In this document: positions 27,676 to 36,783 of the stretch, one piece after another
How the letters are laid out: each line of letters starts with the position of its first letter
Numbering within the stretch: the first letter of the stretch is position 1
NCBI GenBank assembly: GCA_964535955.1
Contig: CAZHVK010000006.1
Coordinates: forward strand, 1-64,000
Direction: 5' to 3'
From: an uncultured Methanosarcinales archaeon
Lineage (GTDB): Archaea > Nanobdellota > Nanobdellia > Woesearchaeales > CAXGTL01
DNA: 64,000 nucleotides
The notes under the pieces: generated by a model
The model's database searches: none
What the model was told of the DNA's origin: nothing
What the model saw: only the letters and a program-made list of their open reading frames with translations
Program-made: the position numbers and the translations under genes

Positions 27676-28661
27676 CCCAACTCACTCAAATCAGGCATCA
27701 TAATATCTTTATACTTTTTGAATTCAAGAATAGACTCATATGAAGAAATAACATCAGAAAACTTATTCTTAAGATCAGTTATCAATTCCTGGAACTGCTG
27801 CATTGACTTTGTCAATGTCTCAACAACAACAATCTGTCTACCAACAGTCTTATATGCCCACCTTATATTATTATGATGTTTTAAAAACCTGGCTAATTTA
27901 TTTTCCTTTTCTGTGGTCAAATTATGAACACTTAAGAATAAAAGATTCATTGAATAATCTAATTTTTGATTATCAATTAAAACTTGGTATGAATGTATTA
28001 ATCCAGAGTTCTCAATTCTTTTTAATCTATATCTAATAACATCTAATGATCTATTGCATTTATCTGCAATTAGATAGAGAGGCATTCTTGCATTCTTAGT
28101 CAACAAATTTAATATTTTTATGTCTAATTTATCTAATTTAATGCTTTTAAACTTTAGAGGTAATTGTTTTTTATATTTAATTTTAACATTACCAAAGAAA
28201 TCAGGAATAATACTTGAATATGATTTATATTCTTTTATAGCAATAAAGGTTTGATAATCTATCAACTTCCCACCAAAAGATTTAATTATTTTATCCATAT
28301 AATTTTCAAAATTAATAATTGAATTAGTCACAATTTCTATCAAGAGGTCCCAGTTTCCAAAACCTGTTGCACAATAAGTGATATGTTTTTTCTTAATTAT
28401 TTTTTGTGCAATTTTTTCTTGTCTTTCAGAATCTACTTTTTGTAGTCTTAGTAAAACAATATAACTTCTAAAACCAAGCATTTCATAATTAAAATTCAGA
28501 AAATATTCTACTAACAACCCATTGTCAAATAATTTATCTATTTTATATTTGACACCATCTTTTGATAATCCTATTAATTTACCTATTTTTGTGTTTGATA
28601 GACGACAATTTTCATTAAGTAAATACAATAACTTCCTATCTTTAAATGTTAAATCCCCCAT
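27672..28661 (-). CDS. Tandem (duplicated) Lrp/AsnC-family transcriptional regulator
   Basis: Two HTH-RAM repeats (DRKLLYLLNENCR; DIKILNLLTKNAR). Divergent from the arginine decarboxylase gene. Confidence 0.88.
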   Translation of the reverse strand: MGDLTFKDRKLLYLLNENCRLSNTKIGKLIGLSKDGVKYKIDKLFDNGLLVEYFLNFNYEMLGFRSYIVLLRLQKVDSERQEKIAQKIIKKKHITYCATGFGNWDLLIEIVTNSIINFENYMDKIIKSFGGKLIDYQTFIAIKEYKSYSSIIPDFFGNVKIKYKKQLPLKFKSIKLDKLDIKILNLLTKNARMPLYLIADKCNRSLDVIRYRLKRIENSGLIHSYQVLIDNQKLDYSMNLLFLSVHNLTTEKENKLARFLKHHNNIRWAYKTVGRQIVVVETLTKSMQQFQELITDLKNKFSDVISSYESILEFKKYKDIMMPDLSELG

Positions 28662-28816
28662 ATTCTATCTGTATGGTAAAGTAGTTTATATATTTTTCCT
28701 TTTTTGGATAGTTTTTTATGAAATAGTTTCTTATATGTAATTCCCTAAAAAAATAGTATAATAAAATATAATAACATAGTTATAATAAAAATAATTAAAA
28801 AAAGAAGGTAACATAC

Positions 28817-29356
28817 ATGAACAGCAAAACAATTGTCATTGGTAACAGAATTCCTAACAGATATTTTGTAACAAAAGGAAAAGGAGAAAGTGATATCACA
28901 ATCCACGCTGGTTCTTATCATCTAGCATTAAAAGATGCTGGAGTAGAATGTTATAATATAATGACTTATTCTTCTATCATGCCTGGTTCTGCTAAAGAAG
29001 TTGAACAACCAAAACAATATGTTCATGGTGCTGTTCTTGAATCAATAATGGCTGTTGCTCATGCAAAAAAAGGTGAAAGAGCAACTGCAGGAATTATCTA
29101 TTCTTGGTTGTATGATAAAGAAACAGGAAAAAAGTATGGTGGTTTAGTTTGTGAACATAATGGTAATTATTCTGTCGATGGAATAGAAGCTAAATTAAAA
29201 GACAGTCTAAATGAACTTTATGAAAATGGTTTTTCTGGGAAATATGAACTTAGGGATGAGAGAATAATGATTGAAACACTTATTGCTCAAAAAGAACATG
29301 GAACTGCATTAGTCGCAATTGGGTTTGTTGATTATATTGTTCCTATTATTGAATAG
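28817..29356 (+). CDS. pdaD: Pyruvoyl-dependent arginine decarboxylase
   Basis: SYHLALKDAG...YNIMTYSSIMP (Ser-Ser self-cleavage site). Confidence 0.88.
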   Translation: MNSKTIVIGNRIPNRYFVTKGKGESDITIHAGSYHLALKDAGVECYNIMTYSSIMPGSAKEVEQPKQYVHGAVLESIMAVAHAKKGERATAGIIYSWLYDKETGKKYGGLVCEHNGNYSVDGIEAKLKDSLNELYENGFSGKYELRDERIMIETLIAQKEHGTALVAIGFVDYIVPIIE

Positions 29357-29366
29357 ATTTCTTACA

Positions 29367-29475
29367 ATGTTCATGGTGCCTGTAAGGCCAGTGAGAACCA
29401 AGCACATTGTACAACAATCAGGGCTTTCTATACAATAATACAAAAACATAGAAAGTTCGAACGAACCATGAACAT
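29367..29475 (+). mobile_element. Structured non-coding MITE-like element, copy 2
   Basis: TIR ATGTTCATGGT/ACCATGAACAT. Shared cores GTAAGRCCARTGAG, CAGGGCTTTCTA...TAGAAAG and CGAACGA. Confidence 0.7.
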
Positions 29476-29516
29476 TTCATCAACATTTATAAACACATTT
29501 CAATTCTCATCTAGAT

Positions 29517-30461
29517 ATGTTATCACAAGAAAGAAAACAAGACCTAGAGAAGCAAGGTTACCGAATTGTTGGGAACCACAGCAGTATAAAAGTATGCCTC
29601 TGGACAAAGAAATGTATTAGAGGCGAAGATGTCTGCTATAAAAAAACATTCTATGGTATTAATACACACAGATGTGTGCAGATGACACCTGCTTTACCTT
29701 TTTGTAATCAAAGATGTGTCTTCTGTTGGAGAGACATTGGTTGGACACAGGATAAATGGCAAGGTGAAATAGATGAACCAAAGTTTATTGTAGATGAATC
29801 AATAAAACAGCATGTGAAATATATCCAAGGCTTTGGTGGAACTGACAAAAGAGATGTTGCTAATTTTACAGAGGCACAACAGCCGCTTCACTTTGCAATT
29901 AGTTTAAGTGGTGAGCCAACTCTTTATCCTAAATTGCCTGAGTTTATCCAAGAGATACATTCAAGAAGCATGACAACATTCTTAGTTACAAACGGAACTA
30001 ATCCAGAGATGATACAAAAGCTATTAACAGAACAAAAAGAGCCAACACAATTATATGTCACACTTCCAGCGCCTGATCAAGAAACATACAACAAAGTCTG
30101 CAGCCCAGCACAAAATGATCAATGGCCAAAGATATTACAAACTTTAGAACTCGTACCTAAATTCAAAAGAAATGTGTTCAGACTAACATTAGCAAAAGAC
30201 ATTAACATGATCAAACCAGAGAAGTATGCTGAACTTATTAGGAAGTACGAACCAATGTATGTTGAATGCAAAGGTTATGTTTTTGTTGGTTATTCTAGAG
30301 AAAGGTTAGCAATCGAGAACATGCCAAGGCATGAAGAAATATTAGAATTCTCAAACAAATTAGCAAAACTAACAGGCTACAAGATCATCGACCAAAAAGA
30401 AAACAGTAGGGTTACGTTGCTGGCTAAAGAAGATAGTGATGATAGGGTTATGGAGTTCTAA
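29517..30461 (+). CDS. taw1: 4-demethylwyosine synthase (radical SAM, Tyw1/Taw1)
   Basis: HSSIKVCLWT, CYKKTFYGI, CNQRCVFCWR, ISLSGEPT, ECKGY. Confidence 0.95.
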   Translation: MLSQERKQDLEKQGYRIVGNHSSIKVCLWTKKCIRGEDVCYKKTFYGINTHRCVQMTPALPFCNQRCVFCWRDIGWTQDKWQGEIDEPKFIVDESIKQHVKYIQGFGGTDKRDVANFTEAQQPLHFAISLSGEPTLYPKLPEFIQEIHSRSMTTFLVTNGTNPEMIQKLLTEQKEPTQLYVTLPAPDQETYNKVCSPAQNDQWPKILQTLELVPKFKRNVFRLTLAKDINMIKPEKYAELIRKYEPMYVECKGYVFVGYSRERLAIENMPRHEEILEFSNKLAKLTGYKIIDQKENSRVTLLAKEDSDDRVMEF

Positions 30462-31435
30462 TCAAAGCAACCTCTTGGAATCCATATACAAAACTTAGTA
30501 TAATGTTCTAGTTTACTTAAGTCTCCAATTAAATAATCATTAACTATAGAGGGCATTCTGTTAGGATGAATACTATAATGTAATGGATCATTTCCTTTTG
30601 TTTTAGTTAAAACTTCAACAAAACCTCCTCTCAATTCAACTAATGCTTTGACTACTTGAAGACCCAGACCTTTGTTCTTATTTTCTGAACTAGAATACCC
30701 TTCAAATATTTTGTGGATATTACTATCATTAAAAGGATCACCATTTTGATCTAATAAGCCTAATCCTTCATCTTGTACTCCATATTCATAAAAACAACCT
30801 CTTGATTTAAAGTAAAATTCTCCTTTTACATTAGAGGGAGTATTTTTTATTATTTGTTGAAGTGCAACAAATGATGCTGTATCAAAAAATTGTGGTGTGT
30901 TTTTAAAGTTGGGGGTCGTATCTTTAATGTGTCCTAATGAAAAAAATAATTCTTCTGCATATTTTACTGGTAGAGTTCTAGATAAAAATCTTTCATCTCC
31001 ATTTGACGCAAGATATGCAGCTCCTTTGTAAAATTCTCTATATCTGATCATAATATGTAAAGCACTTTTAATTGATTGTTCTAAATCACTATGTTTTGCA
31101 TTGAGTCCCCTTATTATCATATTCAACCATGAATGAAAACCTTTAATATCATGTCTCCAAAGTCCAGCAGCTAATAAAGTATTTTTATTTCCAGAATAAT
31201 CTTTTTGTTCTTTATTGATTTCACTAACTATATTATTTATCCTTTGGCAATGGTTAGGGATTTCACACATCCTCCTGAACAGATCTCCTATTAATGTTGA
31301 TTCATCATAGATTTCATCAGTGGATTCAATAGGGTGTGAAAGATCTATTCCTTTTTCAAATCCATCGAGGAGTTCTTTTAGTGCATATTCACCAAGAGAA
31401 ATAATTAATTGTGAAAGTTTATCTTGATTATTCAT
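30458..31435 (-). CDS. Soluble histidine-kinase-like protein (HATPase_c)
   Basis: RHDIKG H-box-like, DEGLGL G1, IFEGYSS F-box, GLGLQVV G2; no TM. Confidence 0.75.
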   Translation of the reverse strand: MNNQDKLSQLIISLGEYALKELLDGFEKGIDLSHPIESTDEIYDESTLIGDLFRRMCEIPNHCQRINNIVSEINKEQKDYSGNKNTLLAAGLWRHDIKGFHSWLNMIIRGLNAKHSDLEQSIKSALHIMIRYREFYKGAAYLASNGDERFLSRTLPVKYAEELFFSLGHIKDTTPNFKNTPQFFDTASFVALQQIIKNTPSNVKGEFYFKSRGCFYEYGVQDEGLGLLDQNGDPFNDSNIHKIFEGYSSSENKNKGLGLQVVKALVELRGGFVEVLTKTKGNDPLHYSIHPNRMPSIVNDYLIGDLSKLEHYTKFCIWIPRGCFD

Positions 31436-32661
31436 TTTGAACCTGAGATAATATCATCTAATTTTGTTAATGAGTTTATAGGAATAACCCATTCATCAAA
31501 AGCATTAGACTTTAAGAATAAATTAATGCAATGCGGACTTAATAAAGGGTCGTATTTTAACAATAAATCAAGGTATGCAATATTTAATTTTTCTAATGCC
31601 TGATGATTTATTCCATAATAATATCTTAATATCTCCATATGTTCATTCTGCATTTCACAGATAGTTGGTAGAGAATCATCTTTAGTTCCACCATAAAGGA
31701 TATAATATGGAGAATTAGGATTTCTCATTGATTGTCGATCTGTAAATATTAAGGGAAGCTCTTTAGCAGGGTCTGTTTTTAGCAAAAAATACCTTAAGTC
31801 CCCCCTAAAGTCAGAATGAATATCAGAAATATAAAGATCATCAACATTAGGTAAATACATACAAAAAGTTGTTCCTTTTTTACTTGTTTCTATTTCTAAA
31901 TGAGCATTAAGATGGTATAATATATGTTCTGCAAAACCCAAACCAATTCCGCTTGTTGTTTTTCTTGAATCTTTTTTTGTTGAAAAACCTGGTTTAAAAA
32001 TCATACTTAATAAATCAGTTCGGATTCCTGAACCTTTATCAGAAACAGAGATCTTATACTTGAATCTTCCTTTATTATGGCCTAAAACAACATTTACATA
32101 ACCATCATTTTTTGTTTTATATGAAGCCTCAACTGCATTTTTTATTAGATTTGATAATAATAAGAATATTAATCCAGGATATGAATTCAATGAATAATCA
32201 CCACTTTCAGATTGGAATGCTATGTTATAGTTGCTTTCTGTTACTGTAAAGTTAACCAGACTAAAAAGATTAAAACTTTCAGGATATTTTATTAATGTCT
32301 CTCCATTAAGAATCCTAATCCCATCCAAAACATAAATAGTTTTTCCGGAACTCTGAAAACCAGATTTAAGAAAATACAAACTTTCAAAGATCTTTTTAGG
32401 AAAAAATTCAGGTCCTTTTCCTTCATAATCTTTTTCAAACTTATTAACTGCAATCTCAAGCATCTCAAAAGTATTCCTATATCCTGCACCATCATGTACA
32501 AATACATGATTTACAAATAATTTTTCCTCTAATGTGGGATGAGGCAACCTAGAATACTCTGCTAATCTTTCTTTGCTAGGAAATAAAAACTTATGTTTCA
32601 TATGATCAAGGCAACTATCCCAATCTATATAAATCCCAGTTGTTCCCTGATACCACAACAC
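31432..32661 (-). CDS. Soluble histidine-kinase-like protein (HATPase_c) with C-terminal extension
   Basis: LSNLIKNAVEA N-box, DKGSGI, IFKPGFSTK, GIGLG, GTTF. Start uncertain. Confidence 0.82.
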   Translation of the reverse strand: MLWYQGTTGIYIDWDSCLDHMKHKFLFPSKERLAEYSRLPHPTLEEKLFVNHVFVHDGAGYRNTFEMLEIAVNKFEKDYEGKGPEFFPKKIFESLYFLKSGFQSSGKTIYVLDGIRILNGETLIKYPESFNLFSLVNFTVTESNYNIAFQSESGDYSLNSYPGLIFLLLSNLIKNAVEASYKTKNDGYVNVVLGHNKGRFKYKISVSDKGSGIRTDLLSMIFKPGFSTKKDSRKTTSGIGLGFAEHILYHLNAHLEIETSKKGTTFCMYLPNVDDLYISDIHSDFRGDLRYFLLKTDPAKELPLIFTDRQSMRNPNSPYYILYGGTKDDSLPTICEMQNEHMEILRYYYGINHQALEKLNIAYLDLLLKYDPLLSPHCINLFLKSNAFDEWVIPINSLTKLDDIISGSK

Positions 32662-32690
32662 TTATAAACTATCAAATATTACAACACAAT

Positions 32691-33425
32691 ATGATACAAC
32701 AACATATGAAAGAACTAGGATTTAGTCCATCAGAAATAAAAATATACTTGCATTTACTAAAAACAGGTGCAAGTTATGCAAATAAAATCAGTTCACAAAC
32801 TAAGATTAATAGAACTAATGTATACGAAGCATTAGACCGACTAATCAACAAAGGAGTGATATCATTCATAGCTAAGAACAAGGTTAAATGGTTTGAAGCA
32901 AAACAACCAGAAGCAATCTTAACATTAGTACAAGCAAAAGAACAACAATTAAAACAAACAAAAACAAATCTAAAAAGAGATATAAATAAACTCAAAAAAC
33001 AAATACCACAAAACAATCAACAATTAGAAGCAAACATCTTCATAGGTAAAAAAGGTCTAAGAATATTATTTGAAGAAATATTAGAAACAAGAAGACCAAT
33101 ATCTTTACTAGCATCTCAATTGCAATTCAAAACATTATTTGGCCCATATTTTGAATTATGGCATAAGAAAAGAATAAAAGCAAAGATCAAACAAAGATCC
33201 ATTTTTCCAAAGAACTTCAAAAGTCGGTTAAAAGGGAGAAAACTATTAAAATACAAATTCATAGACAACAAATTCACAAACCCAACTACAACAATTATTT
33301 ATAGTAATAACTGCATATTAATACAATGGTCAAAACAACCAATCGCAATAAAGATAAATAATAAAGAAATAACGAAGTCACATTTAAACTATTTTAATAT
33401 GTTATGGAATTCTAAACCTCAATAA
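32691..33425 (+). CDS. TrmB-family transcriptional regulator
   Basis: LGFSPSEIKIYLHLL...RTNVYEALDRLINKG; C-terminal YFNMLW. Confidence 0.88.
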   Translation: MIQQHMKELGFSPSEIKIYLHLLKTGASYANKISSQTKINRTNVYEALDRLINKGVISFIAKNKVKWFEAKQPEAILTLVQAKEQQLKQTKTNLKRDINKLKKQIPQNNQQLEANIFIGKKGLRILFEEILETRRPISLLASQLQFKTLFGPYFELWHKKRIKAKIKQRSIFPKNFKSRLKGRKLLKYKFIDNKFTNPTTTIIYSNNCILIQWSKQPIAIKINNKEITKSHLNYFNMLWNSKPQ

Positions 33426-34005
33426 TCATCCCATCTCCGCCAGTATTCAAGACAGGAGTTTTCTTAATCTTATCTCTTCTTTTATTACAATCATGGATAT
33501 GTCCGCAGACTGCATAATCTGGCTGGTTTTTGTAGATAAACTTGAATATAGATTTATTACCAACATGTTCATGATAAACAATGTCTAGCTTTGTTCCATA
33601 CGGTGGAGCATGTGTTAATAAAACAGTTTTAAATTTCTTATTGCAATACTTTTTAAATTTTTTATTAGCATGTTTTTCAAATTTCTTGTCTACTAGAGCA
33701 AAACCTCCCCCACCCCATCCAAAAAATCTATAATTACCTATCTTATAAACAGAATCATCTATCACCTTAATATTTTTCAACATCTTAGCAAGACCTTTCA
33801 TCTCATCAATAGATTCATGATTACCATGTACAATCAACACAGGTTTGTCTAATTCATCTAATTTCTGAAGAAAATAGAATAATTTATCAGAAAACATTGT
33901 TAAGTCACCAGCACACACTATAACATCTACTTTTTTTGATTTTTTTTTCAATCTTTTAAATGCTGTTAAACTACCGTGTGTGTCTGCAAACGTCAGAATC
34001 TTCAT
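33412..34005 (-). CDS. Calcineurin-like metallophosphoesterase
   Basis: DTHG, AGD, GNHE, THAPP, GHIH. Confidence 0.92.
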   Translation of the reverse strand: MKILTFADTHGSLTAFKRLKKKSKKVDVIVCAGDLTMFSDKLFYFLQKLDELDKPVLIVHGNHESIDEMKGLAKMLKNIKVIDDSVYKIGNYRFFGWGGGGFALVDKKFEKHANKKFKKYCNKKFKTVLLTHAPPYGTKLDIVYHEHVGNKSIFKFIYKNQPDYAVCGHIHDCNKRRDKIKKTPVLNTGGDGMIIEV

Positions 34006-34174
34006 ATAATCACCACATACCTCTTTTTTTATTCATAAACATAATATAAAAGTAACCACTATATAAATTTACTTATTTCCACACTAAAAACACAAGATTT
34101 ATAAATGACAAAACACAATAAATATAGTATAAGGCTTACATTCATAGCCTAAAATCATAAGAGGTGATATACAA

Positions 34175-34429
34175 ATGTTATGTTGGTGTAAAACAATTCT
34201 ATCATTATTAATATTGATATTAGCATTCTTTTGGGATGCAGGAGCATGGGTTAAATGGGTTATAGTTATAGCAGCTTTGATAATATTCTTATTAACAGTA
34301 ACAGATACTTGTTGTTGTAGAATGTGCTGTAGTGCAGTTCCTGCAAAACCTGTAGCAAAAAAGGTTGCAAGGAAACCTGCTAAAAAAGCAAGAAAAAGAC
34401 CTGCTAAGAAAAAGAAAAGAAGAAGATAA
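34175..34429 (+). CDS. Small two-TM protein with Cys cluster and histone-H1-like basic tail
   Basis: GAGGTG RBS; two TM helices, CCCRMCC and AKKVARKPAKKARKRPAKKKKRRR. Confidence 0.7.
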   Translation: MLCWCKTILSLLILILAFFWDAGAWVKWVIVIAALIIFLLTVTDTCCCRMCCSAVPAKPVAKKVARKPAKKARKRPAKKKKRRR

Positions 34430-34440
34430 GGTGATAAAAG

Positions 34441-34713
34441 ATGGACTTAGTAACAGGATTTGAAGTTCTTACAAAAGGCGCACATCACATGTCAGGAACA
34501 GTTAGTAAATTTGGATTAGCTGGAAAATTGATTATGGTTATCCTATTGATATTATGGATTGCTTTATTAATCGATTGTCTACAAAGGAAATTCAAAACAG
34601 ACATGGACAAAATTGCCTGGATTATAGTTTTAGTATTTGTGCCAGCAGTAGGAGCAATAGTTTATATATATGCAGTATTCTTCTTGTTTAAGAAAAAGAA
34701 GAGAAGAAGGTAA
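34441..34713 (+). CDS. PLDc_N (phospholipase D N-terminal)-like small membrane protein
   Basis: WIALLIDC...KIAWIIVLVFVPAVGAIVY. Confidence 0.75.
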   Translation: MDLVTGFEVLTKGAHHMSGTVSKFGLAGKLIMVILLILWIALLIDCLQRKFKTDMDKIAWIIVLVFVPAVGAIVYIYAVFFLFKKKKRRR

Positions 34714-34793
34714 ATTTCTTTTTTTTATTTTTTTTGTATTTATTCTTATATTTATGTATAGTTTTATAAATTATTAACTTCTTATAAACAATC

Positions 34794-35711
34794 ATGAAAC
34801 CAAAACTCTACTTAGCACCAATGGCTGGCATCAATAACATAGCTTTCAGACTATTATGTAAGAATTATGGCTGTGATATATTATCTACAGAGATGGTTTC
34901 AGCGCATGCTTTAGCTAGAAGTAATAAAGCAACGCAAAGAATGATTTCTACAATACCAAAAGAAAAACCTATTTCTGTGCAATTCTTTGGACTAAACACA
35001 AAATACATAATCAAAGCAGCACAATTGGTAGAAAATAATTTTCAATACATAGACTTTAACATAGGCTGTCCTGCACCAAAAGTATTTAACCAAGGAATGG
35101 GTGCAGCATTATTAAAAAGACCAGCAAAGATAAAAGAAATAATTAGCAAATTGGTTGATAAGTGTGATAAACCAATTACTGCAAAAATGCGTGCAGGCAT
35201 TACAAAAAACAAATTAGTCCACATAAAAATAGCAAAGATCATAGAAAAAGCAGGAGCATCTGCAATTGCAATACATGCACGAACAAGCAAGCAAGGCTAT
35301 GCAGGAAAAGCAAACTGGGAATATATAAAAGATGTAAAAGACAATGTAAACATACCAGTAATTGGAAATGGCGACATCTTTTCACCGAATGATGCAATCA
35401 GAATGCTTGAACAAACAGGTTGTGATCATCTAATGATAGCAAGAGCTGCAATTGGTAATCCTTTTTTCTTTTACAGAGTTAAACAAAGATTACAAGGAAA
35501 GACAACTAAAGAATTAACACTCAAAGATAAGAAAAAGATGTTTGCAGAGTGGCACAAACTCTATCACAAACATTGTCAACCAAAACTTCCAGAGCTAAGA
35601 CACAATGCGCAATGGTTTACAAAATCCATAGAAAATTCTAAAAAGATTAGACACAAATTGAGCCAAGCTAAAAGTGAAGAAGCAATTGTTGATATTATAA
35701 AAAATATTTAA
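34794..35711 (+). CDS. dus: tRNA-dihydrouridine synthase (Dus family)
   Basis: LAPMAG, NIGCP, IHART, GNGDI, MIARAAIGNP. Confidence 0.93.
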   Translation: MKPKLYLAPMAGINNIAFRLLCKNYGCDILSTEMVSAHALARSNKATQRMISTIPKEKPISVQFFGLNTKYIIKAAQLVENNFQYIDFNIGCPAPKVFNQGMGAALLKRPAKIKEIISKLVDKCDKPITAKMRAGITKNKLVHIKIAKIIEKAGASAIAIHARTSKQGYAGKANWEYIKDVKDNVNIPVIGNGDIFSPNDAIRMLEQTGCDHLMIARAAIGNPFFFYRVKQRLQGKTTKELTLKDKKKMFAEWHKLYHKHCQPKLPELRHNAQWFTKSIENSKKIRHKLSQAKSEEAIVDIIKNI

Positions 35712-35721
35712 AAAAGAAAAA

Positions 35722-36702
35722 CTAAAAATAATGTTCTAACTGCTGCTGAGTATAGCCATGCTGTACTAAGTGAGCAATTATCTGTTGTTTTGTATAGCCT
35801 TGTGATAATGCATTATCAATGTAAAGCTTTAATGAATTATCCATTGCAGGCCTAACCTGTTGTGGCCTCTGCTGCATTTGTCCTGCTTGTTGTATTGGCT
35901 CTTTCTTTTTAAATATAGCACCAATTCCAAAACCACCTTTTTTCTGATACAATACAAATCCTGCACCAGCTCCTGCAACAATGATTGCAATTATTATAAA
36001 CCACAGCCAACTAAAACCACCAGACTCACCACTATCATCATCATCATCATCATCATCGTCATCACCACCAGCACCAGGCAAAGCATCAACATCAATCTGT
36101 TTCTGAATTATTAAAAAGTCATCATTCTGGATTCCACTAACTTCTAGCATATTTGCTTTTTTCTTACACTTATATCCTTCATGATATTTACTATCACAAA
36201 CAACAAACTGTTCTTTGTCTGCATCACAATTAGTTGAAACATCACTAGGATTATCTGACTTTTTTTCAACAACACACACACCATTAGAATTTTTATTTAC
36301 ATAAGTAACATAAGCAACCCTTGCCTCACCTTTTTCAAGTTCAAAATTCTCAACAGCAATTGCTCCTAATTTTGAATCTTCATCTTGAACTTTTACAGTG
36401 ATCTTATCAAAATCAACCTTACCAGAATCAAAGTCGTGATCAGCTTTTATCACAGAATCACCACTAATACTACCATCTATCTCTAGTTCACCTTCAAAAT
36501 CCTGATCAAGATTAGGATCACCATCAACAGTAATCTCAAGTTCAACTACCTCAAGACCTGTTTTTTTAGCTAATTCTGCTGATTCTTTTGCACCGCCACC
36601 ACCACCAATACTAGGTTTAAAAGGTGGAGGAGGAATAGCAATAACAAATACAGAAAATATCATAATAAAAAAAACACATAATATGAATAATTTTAGTTTC
36701 AT
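35722..36702 (-). CDS. Single-pass surface protein with a 4-Cys extracellular domain, poly-Asp linker and helical cytoplasmic tail
   Basis: Signal peptide, TM helix and YIDNALSQGYT...LVQHGY C-terminus. Confidence 0.75.
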   Translation of the reverse strand: MKLKLFILCVFFIMIFSVFVIAIPPPPFKPSIGGGGGAKESAELAKKTGLEVVELEITVDGDPNLDQDFEGELEIDGSISGDSVIKADHDFDSGKVDFDKITVKVQDEDSKLGAIAVENFELEKGEARVAYVTYVNKNSNGVCVVEKKSDNPSDVSTNCDADKEQFVVCDSKYHEGYKCKKKANMLEVSGIQNDDFLIIQKQIDVDALPGAGGDDDDDDDDDDSGESGGFSWLWFIIIAIIVAGAGAGFVLYQKKGGFGIGAIFKKKEPIQQAGQMQQRPQQVRPAMDNSLKLYIDNALSQGYTKQQIIAHLVQHGYTQQQLEHYF

Positions 36703-36783
36703 GATCAGTCAAACCTCTTTTTTATATATTATTTACTAATTTAAGGATATATCATATATAAATGTTGCTGTTGTTGGTATTGT

